Source: the human T2T-CHM13v2.0 reference genome, Homo sapiens
Length of the DNA: 64,000 bases
Strand: one strand, 5' to 3'
Assembly: GCF_009914755.1 (NCBI RefSeq)
Contig: NC_060925.1
The translations under genes were made by a program, and so were the position numbers. The notes under the pieces were generated by a model. That model saw only the letters and a program-made list of their open reading frames with translations, was not told the origin of the DNA and ran no database searches. Positions 1 through 12,418 of this stretch are shown piece by piece. Position 1 is the stretch's first letter. Each line of letters opens with the position of its first letter.

Positions 1-472
1 GAGACAAAGAAAGGAGAAAGCATAAAGCTGGACTGTTTTGGAAACAAAAAGTTATCCTGATTGAGTTGAAAAAAGGCTGAAGAAGGTAATGAAGGTGTTT
101 TCCATTAGCAACCATTTGTAAATTAGTTTCAGGGCACAAAACGTGATATAAAACATCTGAGAGCATTTTTAGTTAACTTGCACAGTTCTGCTATAAGACA
201 TATTTCTAAAATGGTTTGGTCCTGAGCGTCGGTAGGAAGAATATGTTCTGTAAGTAAAGATGGGATGTATGGCAGGGACTTTATGGAGTACAGCTGGAGA
301 ACCCTGGAGCTCTCAGCAAGGGAGAAGGCTATGTATTAAGTAAACTCTTGCATGATCATCTTACGTGATCCCTGGAGGAAAATAGTGGGAGTAGGACATC
401 ACAACCTGTTCTCATTTCTTTGCTCAGTTAGGAGATTAAAAGTCAAATAATTATCCATTAAAACTTATCACC

Positions 473-836
473 TGCGATGGCTCAAGTCTGTACTTGAGGT
501 GGCTCAAGTACAAGTACAAGTCTGTACTGCGGTGGCTCAAGTCAAACCCAGCACTTGGGGAGGCTGAGGCAGGCAGATCATGAGGTCAGGAGATCAAGAC
601 CATCCTGGCCAACATGGTGAAGCCGTGTCTCTACTAAAAATGCAAAAATTAGCTGGGCATGGTGGTGCGTGCCTGTAGTCCCAGCTACTCAGGAGGCTGA
701 GGCAGGAGAATCACTTGAACCTTGGAGGCAGAGGCTGCAGTGAGCCAAAATCACACCACTACTGCACTTCAGCTTGGGCAACAGAACAAGACTCTGCCTC
801 AAAAAAAACAAAAAACAAAAAACAAAACAAAAAAAA
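473..836 (+). mobile_element. Alu (AluSc-like) with rearranged 5' end
   Basis: GATCATGAGGTCAGGAGATCAAGACCATCCTGGCC body, A-rich tail, degenerate TSD aaaacttatcacctg/aaaaccttattaactg. Confidence 0.9.
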
Positions 837-993
837 CCTTATTAACTGATGAAACACAATGGGCACCAAAAACAGAGAACACAAAACAAACAAAAAAGAT
901 GAAAATAAAATGTGTTGTAGTTAGTAACATTATATAGAATTTTAGAAATAATTTAATGTTTGTACTTAATATGTGCATAAATTAATTAATTAA

Positions 994-1300
<307 letters not shown>

Positions 1301-2295
1301 TAATTAAAAGTTTAATAGGATTTAGCTTCAGGTCTTTGAAGATTGGTTTTTCTCTTTACTTAAGTAAATATTTCAGATTTGGTCTTTTTATTAGGAAACT
1401 TGTTGAAAAAAATTTTCATCCTATCAAATGATATCTTAAAACTGTGATAAACATTAATTGTGGAGTAATGTACATAAACTATGTGTTGACATACAAATTA
1501 TTTATAGTTCTTTACCATATATTACATTTTTATTTATATATTAATATTTATTTATATGTTGCTTATATGATGTGTTATATCCACACAGATCTATTTTTCT
1601 AGAGACAATGCCAATTCTAAATTATTTTCATATTTTGCCATCACAATATATACAAATGTATACACATGTACATACCTATTTTCTATTCATCATAATCCAG
1701 TTGTAATTATATCTCGGATTTTTTATTTGGGGTGAGCTTTTGCTTCCTTGTTTTATGATTCTTTGTTCATTCTAAATTTTCTTCACTGAAAGTACATTAT
1801 GTTTACAGTCAGAAAAATGATAGTATAAAAAACTTACCCAGGCAGTATCTTAGCTGAACTAGCAGGGGCAGACACGGCTCAGCTTTCTGCTAAAAGATTT
1901 CATGACAGGCAAAGAAAAGAAAGGAGAACGGAATTGAATAGAGATTTAAAATCTGTACTCTTATCCCAACCTACGTAAATCTTAGGCATGAGAGGACTGC
2001 AGTATAAAGCTACTCAGATCCTCTACCTTGATTTTTGTGTTGTTCTGTATTGTTATCTTCTTGGAGACACTTCAAAAGAGTTTACACTTGATTTGACTCC
2101 AAAAATGTTATAGTGTCTTCTTTAACAATGATGTTATTAAATACTTTTGCATTCTGGGTTACATATAGTTCTCTGTTTCTTAATCACTAACGACAAGTGG
2201 TAATGAGTTAAATGAATAAAATGCATCAATGACATCATTGAAATATAAGCTGTATATTCTTTAATTCAGGATATTTATTTGTTTTTTTCTCCCAA

Positions 2296-2493
2296 GAGAA
2301 ATTTGTAGATATGCAGAAATAAAACAAGGACAATTATATGACCAAGATAAATATAAACCAACTTTACCAGTTCACAAGAAAAAAAAACTGTTCTATTACT
2401 CCTGTGAATATAGCTTTGTATCTCCTTCAAATCCCCTATAGACTCACGTAACATGCACAGAGAAAGAATGGGTATCAACAGTGAAGTGTCTTA
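2296..2493 (+). pseudogene. Orphan CFHR1/2/5-type SCR1 pseudo-exon (relic of a CFHR paralog)
   Basis: Translates EICRYAEIKQGQLYDQDKYNPTLPVHKKKKLFYYSCEYSFVSPSNPL*THVTCTEKEWVSTVKCL. About 71% nt identical to exon 2 by hand count. TGG>TAG at 2439-2441; acceptor CAG>CAA; donor A|gtaagt intact; intron homology to 14901-15070 continues to ~2660. Confidence 0.92.
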
Positions 2494-2696
2494 GTAAGTA
2501 AATGCCCTGATCATTATCTGCATAAATCATTCGGTGAGTAGAGAGGGATGCCTCAAAAGGGATCTGTGTCTTGACAGGGGCAAGGTCTAAAAGAGCCTGA
2601 AGAGATGACAGATGTAGCCCTTATATTATTTGGGAGCATTTTATGAAAATCAAGTGAGAAGGAAAGACGTAAAGCTTTGGGGACTATCTATTCCCC

Positions 2697-3688
2697 AAAT
2701 ATAATATTTCTATTCATAGAAATATTTGAATTATTTCTAAAATGGACAAAAGCCTTGATACTTGATACCTATTTTCTAATATGTATTTTTGTCAATATGA
2801 AAATAAGTATTTCCTAGGAAAATCAAGGAAGAATTAAGTAGAGAGCAATACCATGTTCTTGGGCTAGAATACTCAACAGGATAAATAAATAAATTTTTCT
2901 CAAATTGTACTATAGGCTTAACATAATTACTTATTAAAATTTCAAGAGAATTCTTTGTAAATATAGATCATTTCATACTAAATTTATATTAAAATGCACA
3001 GGAGTTAGAATGGCTGAAACATTTTTTTAAAATAATAAAGTTGAAAGGATCACACAAATCAAATTTGAGGCCTCAAAATATAGCTACCATATTAAAAACA
3101 GTATAGTATTGATGGAGGGATAGACATAAATCAATAGAACAGATACAGAATCCAGAAAAGGTCATATAATTGTCCTTGTTTTATTTCTGCATATCCACAA
3201 ATTTCTCTTGGGAGAAAAAACAAATAAATATAATATTTCTATTCATAGAAATATTTGTATTATTTCTAAAATGGACAAAAGCCTTGATAGTTGATACCTA
3301 TTTTCTAATATGTATTTTTGTCAATATGAAAAGAAGTATTCCCTAGGAAAATCAAGGAAGAATTAAATAGAGAGCAATACCATGTTCTTGGGCTAGAATA
3401 CTCAACAGGATAAATAAATAAATTTTTCTCAAATTGTACTATAGGCTTAACATAATTACTTATTAAAATTTCAACAGAATTCTTTGTAAATATAGATCAT
3501 TCCATACTAAATTTATATTAAAATGCACAGGAGTTAGAATGGCTGAAACATTTTTTTTAAAATAATAAAGTTGAAAGGATCACAAAAATCAAATTTGAGG
3601 CCTCAAAATATAGCTACCATATTAGAAACAATATAGTATTGATGGAGGGATAGACATAAATCAATAGAACAGATACAGAATCCAGAAA
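2697..3688 (+). repeat. Tandem duplication (2697-3158 and 3226-3688) with an inverted templated insert at 3160-3231
   Basis: The copies differ by ~10 substitutions + 1 indel. The insert is the reverse complement of 2271-2343. Confidence 0.95.
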
Positions 3689-3758
3689 TAGACCCACACA
3701 AATATGCTCAAGTAACTTTTAACAAAGATGCACAAATAATTCAATACAGAAAAGATCC

Positions 3759-4016
3759 TTTTTTTTTTTTTTTTAGTTCAGGGCTACCTGTGCAGGTTTG
3801 TTACATAGGTAAACTTGTTTCATGGGAGTTAGTTTTACAGAGTATTCTGTCACCCAGGTATTCAGCCTGGTAGCCATTAGTTATTTTTCCTATTCCTTTC
3901 CCTCTTCCCACCCTTCACCGTCCATTAGGCCCCAGTGTGTGTTGTTCCCCTCTATGTGTTCATGTTTTCTCATGATTGAGCTCATACTTAGAAGTGAGAA
4001 TGTGTGGCATGTGGTT
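3759..4016 (-). mobile_element. L1PA (old, PA13-16-like) 3' tip
   Basis: Poly-T then gtgcaggtttgttacataggtaaac; degenerate TSD agaaaagatcctt/agaaaagtttctt. Confidence 0.8.
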
Positions 4017-4762
4017 GAGAAAAGTTTCTTTTCAACAAATTGTGTTGGGGACTAGCACTTTCTTAGCCAAAAAATTAATTTTGATTTAATCTCACATATT
4101 TTACAAAACCTAACTCCAAATGGTTCCTATATCTAAATGCATAATGTAAAACAATCAAACTTGTAGAGGAAGAGAAAATCTTTGTGACCTGGGGTTTGAT
4201 GGAATTGTTCTTAAACAGGACACCTAAAGGATGACCCATAAAAGAGTGAAATAATAATAATACTTTATCAACATTAAACACTTTTTATCCATGAAAGACA
4301 TTCTATGAGAGTGAAAAGATAAGCTACTTATTAGCAAAAAATATTTGCAAATAACATATCTGACAGAGGACTTATACATGGAATATATAAAGAATGCTCT
4401 AAACACAGGTAAAACAATCCAATCAATAAAGGTGCCAAAGCCTTGAACAGATCTAACAAAAAAGATATTCAGATGGAAAATAAACATGTGAAAAGTTATT
4501 CAATGTCATTAACCATTAGGGAATACACATTAAAACCACAATGAGATTTACTATGTATCTAATAAAATGCTTTAAAAAAATTAAATGAAACACATTGGTA
4601 ATAGTAAGTGCAAGTGAAAATGCAATACAATGGATCTCTCATACATTGCTTGTGGAAATGTAAAATGTCATAGCCACTATGGAAAACAGACAATTTCTTA
4701 TAGAGTTCAATAGCACTTTTCATAAAACCCAGTAATCTCACCCCTGACTGTTTACCATAGGG

Positions 4763-4966
4763 CAGGAGATGGCAAACTATATCTTAGGAACTAGCTATCT
4801 ATTTTCTTAATAAAGATGTATTGGATGTGAGCCACACCTTTTTATTTATGTATTGTCTATCATTATTTTGGCTCTATAACTACAAAGTTAGGTAGTTGTG
4901 GCAGAGGCCATATGGTTCACAACCTTAAAATACTAAACATATGACCCTTCGAGAACAAGTTTGCTG
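4763..4966 (+). mobile_element. MER58A-like hAT-Charlie DNA transposon
   Basis: caggagatggcaaacta...tatttatgtattgtctat...aagtttgctg resembles the MER58 consensus. Confidence 0.75.
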
Positions 4967-5939
4967 TTCAAGTAAAACATTGCACAAAATTGTCCATCAT
5001 AGCTTTATGTGTAATAGCCAAAAAGTAGAAGCAACTCAAATGTCCTCAGATGAGCGAAAGAATAAACAAACATGTTACATCCATACAATGGAGTACTTCA
5101 CAGCAATTAAAAGAAATGAATTACTTATAATACAACAGCTTGGCTACATTTCAAGGACATTACCCTGTGTGAAAAATATCCAAATCAAAAAGTTGACTTA
5201 CTGTATAATCCAATTTATATAACACTCAAAATGACTAAATTACAGTTATGTAGAACATACTAGTGATGACTAGCAATGAGGGGTGGGGGAATGTGGGGAC
5301 CATAAAAGGACAGCATACGGGAGTTTTCTGGAGGTGATAGAATAGTTCTGTATACGACTGAGTAGTTCTACATATGACTGATTGTGGTGATGGTTACATG
5401 AGTGCATACATGTTGCAAAATTAATATACCACACAAACACAAACGCAAGTTCATGGGAGAGACCATGAAATTCAGTAAGGTTGGTAGCTGAGTTAGTAGT
5501 AGAGCACTAATGTCAATTTCCTGGTCTCAATTATTGTACTATAGATATAAGAGATGCAGGAAGTTATAGTTATTGGAGGAAACTGGGTAAAGGGTACATG
5601 GGCATTCTCTGTACTATTTTTATGACTTATGAATCTAAGATTATTTCAAAACAAAAATTATTTGGATTATATAGGCTGGGATGTTTTACTTTTATAGCAC
5701 TTTTGGGGATGAGAATTTTCAATATTCAAGAGTTATAACCAATTTCAGCAATTTTTCTTTGAGATACTTAAATCTATCTCAAATTTTATCAGTAATAACT
5801 TCTACAAGCCAGTTTCATATGTATTTGAATGCTATAATTTGCCTTTTAACCCTTTCATATTTTTTGTAACAACAAACAGTTTCAGACTTAATTTACTTTC
5901 CCTGCACTAAACCTGGAATCCACAAAAAAAAGAGGTCCC

Positions 5940-6493
5940 AGTTTCCTAGATTTATAATGCTGTGTAAGAAACTTATTGGCATAAAACAGCAATCATTTTA
6001 TTATACTTAAGGATACTGTTAGGAATTGACGCAGGGCACTGATGTGATGACTTATAACTGTTCCACAATATTTGAGCCTCAGGTGAAAAGATTTAAATGG
6101 GTTAGGACTCAAATAACTGAGATTTGGAATCTGCAAATGTCACTCACCTGTATGACACCTGGGCTATTGCCTGGGCCAACTGGGACTATCAACCAGAAGA
6201 TTTACATATGGCTTCTGCATACAGATTGAACTTCTTGCCAAATGGCAAAAGGCTTCCAAGATAGTGTCAGAGAGATAGTCTTCCAAAATATAAACCCATA
6301 ACTCTCTAATATCTAGCAGAGTCACTACCACTGTATTGTATCAACAAAAGCATGCCACTAAAAAGTACAGATTTTCAAAATGAGGGAAATGTGATTCCAA
6401 ATCTTGATAGGATCATGGCAAAATCACATGGCAGAAGAACAAGTGAGATGAGACACAGTGGAGTGAGCATCTTTCAAAATAAAATTGGCCACA
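5940..6493 (-). mobile_element. MLT1-type MaLR LTR (degenerate)
   Basis: tgctgtgtaagaaac...gggactatcaaccagaag...catctttcaaaataaaattggccaca pattern. Confidence 0.6.
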
Positions 6494-6829
6494 AAATTGA
6501 AGACAAAGTTATTTTCTAAACTGCCCTTTTATTTCTTATCAAGTATAGTTTCCTTCTCCTTTTATTTGTTGCTAATGTTTGCAGGAGGGCATAATCTCCT
6601 GAAATTACTCAGAACAAGAAACAAACAAAAAAGGGCAATCTAAGTTTCTGAATTAGGAGAAATATTCAGCAAATAAAAAGGAGAATAATTGTTGAGTACT
6701 GGGCTTCAAAAAAAATAGACAAGAGAAGATAGTGTTAATTCAACTAAAAATCGGCACTAGCTCTGTGAAAATTAACTCTGTGCTTACAAATAAATAACAT
6801 CCCCTGGATTCAGACAAACCAATGTTTAA

Positions 6830-7960
6830 AGGTCACAGAGATTAGAAGAAGCCAACAAAAGACTGAGATGGTGAAGCCTTTGAGACAGAAGAGAAACCAG
6901 GAGAATGTGGTGTTCCATAGACCATGTGAAGCAGGTATTTCCAAATGGAAGGGGAAAGTCATGAAATTTTTCTGAGTATTCAGTTTTGACCAATGGATTT
7001 GATTAGATTGAAGAAGGCATTGGTGACTGTTACAAGAGGGGTTTAAGCGTAGTGTTGGGAATGAAAAAATGAATTAAAGTAGAGATTGTAGATAACATTG
7101 GAGTCATCGTATTATAAAATGAGAAGTGAATTAGATTACTAGAAAGAGATTTGGGTTCTATGAACAATTTTTGAGCTTTTGTTGTTGCTCTTCATGATGA
7201 AAGATGTTTGGTATGTTTGCATATTGGTGGAAATAATTTGGAAAATGGAGAAATTAATGATACAGGTGAGAAGGAATAATTGAAAGAGCAAAATCCTTGC
7301 ACAGAAAAGATGGGATCAAATCTGGTAGAGACCATAACAAGATAGGAGTAAAGATCAACATCCAGTGAAGCAGGAGACAATGCAGAAAAGGATGCGTGTG
7401 AACAGCAGGTAGTTTTCTTCTGATTGATTCTATATCTAGATGAAAAAATAAATGAAGTCATTAGCAAAGCACAAAGTGAGGATTGGTGGTTAAGGAGGGA
7501 GATAATGAAAACAGGAGAGGGGAAAAGCAGTGTGGAAATTATTTAGGACCGTGTTCATTAATTTAAAGCAAGGCAAGTCAGCACAGTTGCCTTTGTTTTT
7601 CTTGTAGACACACTCTGCTGCTTCAATTCAGGCACAGGGCAGGTAGAGAATTTATTTGCAAAGGATTGAGGTTTTCTAAGACTTGGATTACAGATAGAAA
7701 GGAACGAATGGGCAGGAGAGTGTGTGCAAGGGACTGACTTACAGTGATGAGCCATGGAATCTAATTTAGATGTGGTGGGAAGAGAGAAAATGAAGGGAAG
7801 AGAATAGTGAAAAAGTGTCAGGGTCATTGAATGTTTGGAACAAATTTAGTAGAGTAAGTGAGCTAAAAAGATTGTTGAAATGGTCTAGAGTGTGATGCTT
7901 AATATTTAGATACTTTAGGTAGTGTAGTAATTGGAAATGACAAGGTTTAGATAGACTAGA
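6830..7960 (-). mobile_element. L2 fragment
   Basis: Purine-rich; aaaccaggagaatgtggtgtt and cattggtgact motifs typical of L2. Confidence 0.6.
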
Positions 7961-8527
7961 ATCAATAGTGGAGACTACTAATAGCTCACAGGGACTTCTC
8001 TGGTTTCTTGATTGGACATAGCTATGTGCATTCCCATTGACTTCTGAACCACCATAAGTAAGTTTCCTCTTAGTGAGATCATTAGGCTGTTTCTGTAAAT
8101 TTCCCCATTAAATGTTAAATTTCTCTCAGGCTGGGCACTTTGTTGCTTGCTTCAGCTAGTATCCTCTAGTCTTCTCTGATTGTTTCCCACTGTAATCTCT
8201 TTGTATTCAATAGGATCCTCGGGCATGGACCTTTCCAAGCTATAAAGTCACTCTTCTCCAGCAGGGGAGCAGAGCTTCCAGTCCACATAGCCTGCCTGCC
8301 CATCCAGGGTTCAACTTCTGAGCCACGGAATTGGGCTGCGAGACAGAGGTGGATGAAAGCATCCGCTCTCTTTTACTGAATTTTATGGAGACTTTCTGGA
8401 AAAAATATTTCCCAACATTATGCTGTTTGGCCAATTTCCAGAGACAACCAATGGTTACTTTTAAATTTTTATCCAGTTGTATTGCTGCCTTTTGGTTGGG
8501 AGTGAATATACCAAGACCCTCACATAG

Positions 8528-8925
<398 letters not shown>

Positions 8926-9236
8926 AGCAAAAATAATTCTTGATTAGACCTTTTATAGTTTATGAAATATTAAAACTGTTAAGAAGGTACCTAATTCTTA
9001 GTGCCAGTTTTAAAAGGGAATTTACAACTACAAAAGTGATATTGTTGTATTAAGATGAGGACTGATGACTTGCACTTGCTTGCCTTTTGAAACAGCTGAA
9101 CCCTTGGCAAGAAAAAAAAAAAAACCCAGGGGGCCAGCGGTGGGGAGCTTCCTCTCTCCTCTAAACAGTCCATTTCTGATTGTTCCAAACTCAGAGACTC
9201 GGTGACTACAACAAGGAAATTGAACAGCAGTTACTT

Positions 9237-9420
9237 TGCTTAAATAAATATTACATAACGAGCTGAGAATATTATTGTGAAGACACTGATTAGATACTAT
9301 TTGCTTATTTCACACAACCCTCCATGAACTTTGATGTTTTCCACAAAGGGCTTTACTAAACTAGCTTCCCCTTAGTACATTGAAATTCAAAGTCATGCTT
9401 GTAACTGTTAATGAAAGCAG
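9237..9420 (+). promoter_or_regulatory. Putative CFHR5 proximal promoter with hepatocyte-type motifs
   Basis: TAAATAAATA (9241, FOX-like); TTACATAA (9251-9258, C/EBP/PAR-bZIP); TATTTGC (9298, FOXA-like); TGAACTTTG (9325-9333, reverse CAAAGTTCA, HNF4-like); all just upstream of exon 1. The TSS cannot be determined from sequence. Confidence 0.55.
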
Positions 9421-9482
9421 ATTTAAAGCAACACCACCATCACTGGAGTATTTTTAGTTATACACGATTGAGACTACCAAGC

Positions 9483-9540
9483 ATGTTGCTCTTATTCAGT
9501 GTAATCCTAATCTCATGGGTATCCACTGTTGGGGGAGAAG
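9483..9540 (+). CDS. CFHR5: CFHR5 exon 1 coding part, signal peptide MLLLFSVILISWVSTVGGE(G)
   Basis: agcATG at 9483, hydrophobic leader, donor AAG|gtaagt at 9541. Confidence 0.97.
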
Positions 9541-11070
9541 GTAAGTTGAAAACAGATCCGAATATTTTAGTTCCTTTTCAAATGTATTTATTGATTGTGT
9601 GTGTGTATGCATACAAATATTTTTAAATGAATAAATAGCTGAGGATAATTTGAAGGGGTATCACAATATTCATCTATTTTCTGGAAATATTTTCCAACAT
9701 GCAATTAGCAGGAAAATCGAATGAAATTAATTCTCTCCGTTCTCTAGTTTGCTAAGGGTAAATGGTCACCAAATAGATAATGTAAAGAGAAATCAAAGGA
9801 GAGAAAATCTGCTATAATAAAGATGATAAGGTGAAATATTAGTGTAATTCTGCATAAACTCTGCAATGCCACTGACTAGAAAAATCAACCCCAAAAGATT
9901 TGGCCACCTTCATTATGTTTTGAGAATTTTATTTTCATAGATTTGATAATTTACATTTTAAATGTTATTAAAATGAAGGAATTCTCATTTCAGCCTAATT
10001 ACCATTCAACAGGGAAATATATTTTAATGAAACAATAGAAAATATTATTTTTATATATAAACCAGTGAACTGCCAAAAAATTGTTTCTTCTGAGCTCTTC
10101 CACAAATTTCAAAAGTGAAATAATATATCACTTCTTTATTAATACTATAAACTGATTCTTATAACATTATAAACTATCCCATTTTATTTCATGTGGAAAT
10201 TAAAGCCACTATATCAAAAGGATTGCAAACAAAATCTCTAACAAGGTCTAGGATACTGATTAAACTATGTGTGTACGTGAAGTTTCAATCATTGTGCTAT
10301 ATACTCTTTGATTTCCAGAAAGTTTTTATTTTACTGCTTTACTGCTTTCTAATGTTTACAGATCTTTAAATTTTTTGAACACTTTCTTCTCAGTCCTGAC
10401 ATAAGAGAAAAATATGAACCATAAAATGCTTTCTTTTTAAGATATGCCCTTACAAATGTTGCAAAACATTATTTCTATGGGCCTAAAATTCATTTTATTT
10501 TGTTTTCACTTTTAGTACTGAGCTATAATCACAAGAGTGCGATTGCATGAGTGTATTTGATTTTTCTTAAGTCTGTGTTTATGATATTTATTAAGTGGCT
10601 TAAACATCTGTTACAAATGGCATTACACAAGGATTTCTAAAGGGGGGTGGAAGCAGAGGAAGATAAGTGAAAATTATGAGGATAATATGTAGAATTTTGA
10701 CAATTCCTAACCCCACAAAACTTTCAAGCTTCAGTCCAGTCCCAGGATAAACTTTAGTGAAATTCTATTAAAAGTTGTCTAGGTGTTAAATGACCTGTAA
10801 GTGTGCATTACACTTTTGTTTTGGTGTCTATTTAGAAACTGGCCAAACAGCAGAAATAACAGACGAAAGCAACACTTTTGTACAAATAGAAAACTGCATG
10901 CTTCCAGTAGCAAAACATGAATCAAGCAATATATTGTGCTTCATGCTGTAGCAAAGAAGCTGGAAAGAATATGACAACGCCACCCACCCCTCACTACTAC
11001 TTAGAGTGTCCTAAAAGAAAAGCAAAATGTAAATAGGCAAATAAATTGCAAGGTTTTATATATAGGTAAT

Positions 11071-11074
<4 letters not shown>

Positions 11075-11112
<38 letters not shown>
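11075..11112. repeat. (TG)19 microsatellite
   Basis: Read directly. Confidence 0.95.
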
Positions 11113-11114
<2 letters not shown>

Positions 11115-11115
<1 letters not shown>

Positions 11116-12400
11116 ACTCATACATCACTTAATGATAGGAAAACGTTCTGAGAAGTGTGTCTATAGGCAATTTCGTCCTCCTGCAAACATCATAGAGTGT
11201 ACTTACACAAACCTAGATTGTATAGCCTACTACCTAACTAAGCTATACGGCCTGTCACTCCTAGACTGCAAACCTGTACAGCATGTTACTGTACTGAATA
11301 CTGTGGGCAACTGTAGCACAAATGTAAGAATGTGTTTACCTAAACATATAAAAGGTACAATAAAAATACAATATAAAATATTAAGAATGGCAGACTTGTA
11401 TAGGGCTCTTACCGTCAATAGGGTTTGCAGGACTGAAAGTTGTTCTGGGTAAGTCACTGAGTGAGTGGTGTGCAAATATGAAGGCTTAGCACATTACCAT
11501 ACACTACTGTAAACTTCATGAACACTGAATACTTGAGCTAGGTAAATTTATTTTATTTATATATTTATTTCAATATTTTGGGGGGAGCAGGTGGTTTTTG
11601 GTTACATGGATAAGTTCTTTAGTGCTAATTACTGAGCTTCTGGTGCACCCAGGATAGACTAAATTTATTTTTAAAACTTTTCTTCAATAATAAATTAATT
11701 TATGATAAGCTTTCTACTTTATCAACTGAAAATCTTTTAACTTGTAACTCTTTTGTTTTAGCTTAAAACACACCTTGTATAGATGTACAAAATATTTTTT
11801 CTTTCTATCCTTATTCTGTAAGATTTTTATCTTTTAAATTATTTATTTATTTACCTTCTACACCTTTTTGTTAAAAGCAGACACAAACACACACATTAAC
11901 CTCGGCCTACGGAGGGTCAGGATCATCAGTATCACTGTCTTCCTCCTCACTCTTGTTCCACTAGAAAGTCTTTAGGGCAGTAACATGCATGGAGCTGTCC
12001 TCTCCTATGATAACAAAGGCTTCTTCTGGAATAGTTCCTGAAGGACCCGCCTGAGGATGTTTTACAGTTATTTTTTTTTAATAAGTAGAAGAAGTGAACT
12101 ATAAAATAATGATAACAACTATAGTACATTAAATACATTAACCAGTACCATGGTCATTTATTATCATTATCAAGTATTGTGTACTATACATAATTGTGTG
12201 TGCTATTGTTTATATGACTGGCAATGCTGTAAGTTTGTTTATACCAGCACTGCCACAAACATGTGAGTAATACATTGGATTATGATGTTGTGGTGGTCAT
12301 CAGTTGATAGGAATTTTTCAGCTACATTATAATCTTATGGGACCACTGTGATATAAGTGATCAGTCATTGACCAAAACGTCATTATGTGGTAAATGACTG
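11115..12400 (+). mobile_element. Tigger3b-like (MER7/Golem) DNA transposon, with a nested ~90-bp L1PB 3' tip at ~11555-11650
   Basis: Degenerate TIRs cactcatacatcacttaatga / tcattatgtggtaaatgactg, TA on both sides, internal gtgtacttacacaaacctagat motif. Confidence 0.85.
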
Positions 12401-12415
12401 TATGTCTGTATATAT

Positions 12416-12418
<3 letters not shown>

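Larger units (their letters stand above)
2810..5659 (+). mobile_element. Old L1M (L1MC-like) 3' part, interrupted by the duplication, an L1P tip and MER58A
   Basis: Degenerate ORF2-end motifs (ccatgttcttgg, tccagaaatagacccacacaaatatg, catccatacaatggagtact) and an L1M 3' UTR. Confidence 0.7.

Noticed and set aside
2296-2493. Second SCR1 exon as the pathogenic CFHR5 exon 2-3 duplication
   Set aside because: It lies upstream of exon 1, is only ~71% identical, has a stop codon and has no exon 3 partner.
9122-9150. GC-rich patch as a CTCF site
   Set aside because: Only a partial core match (CCAGGGGGC), with key 5' positions missing.
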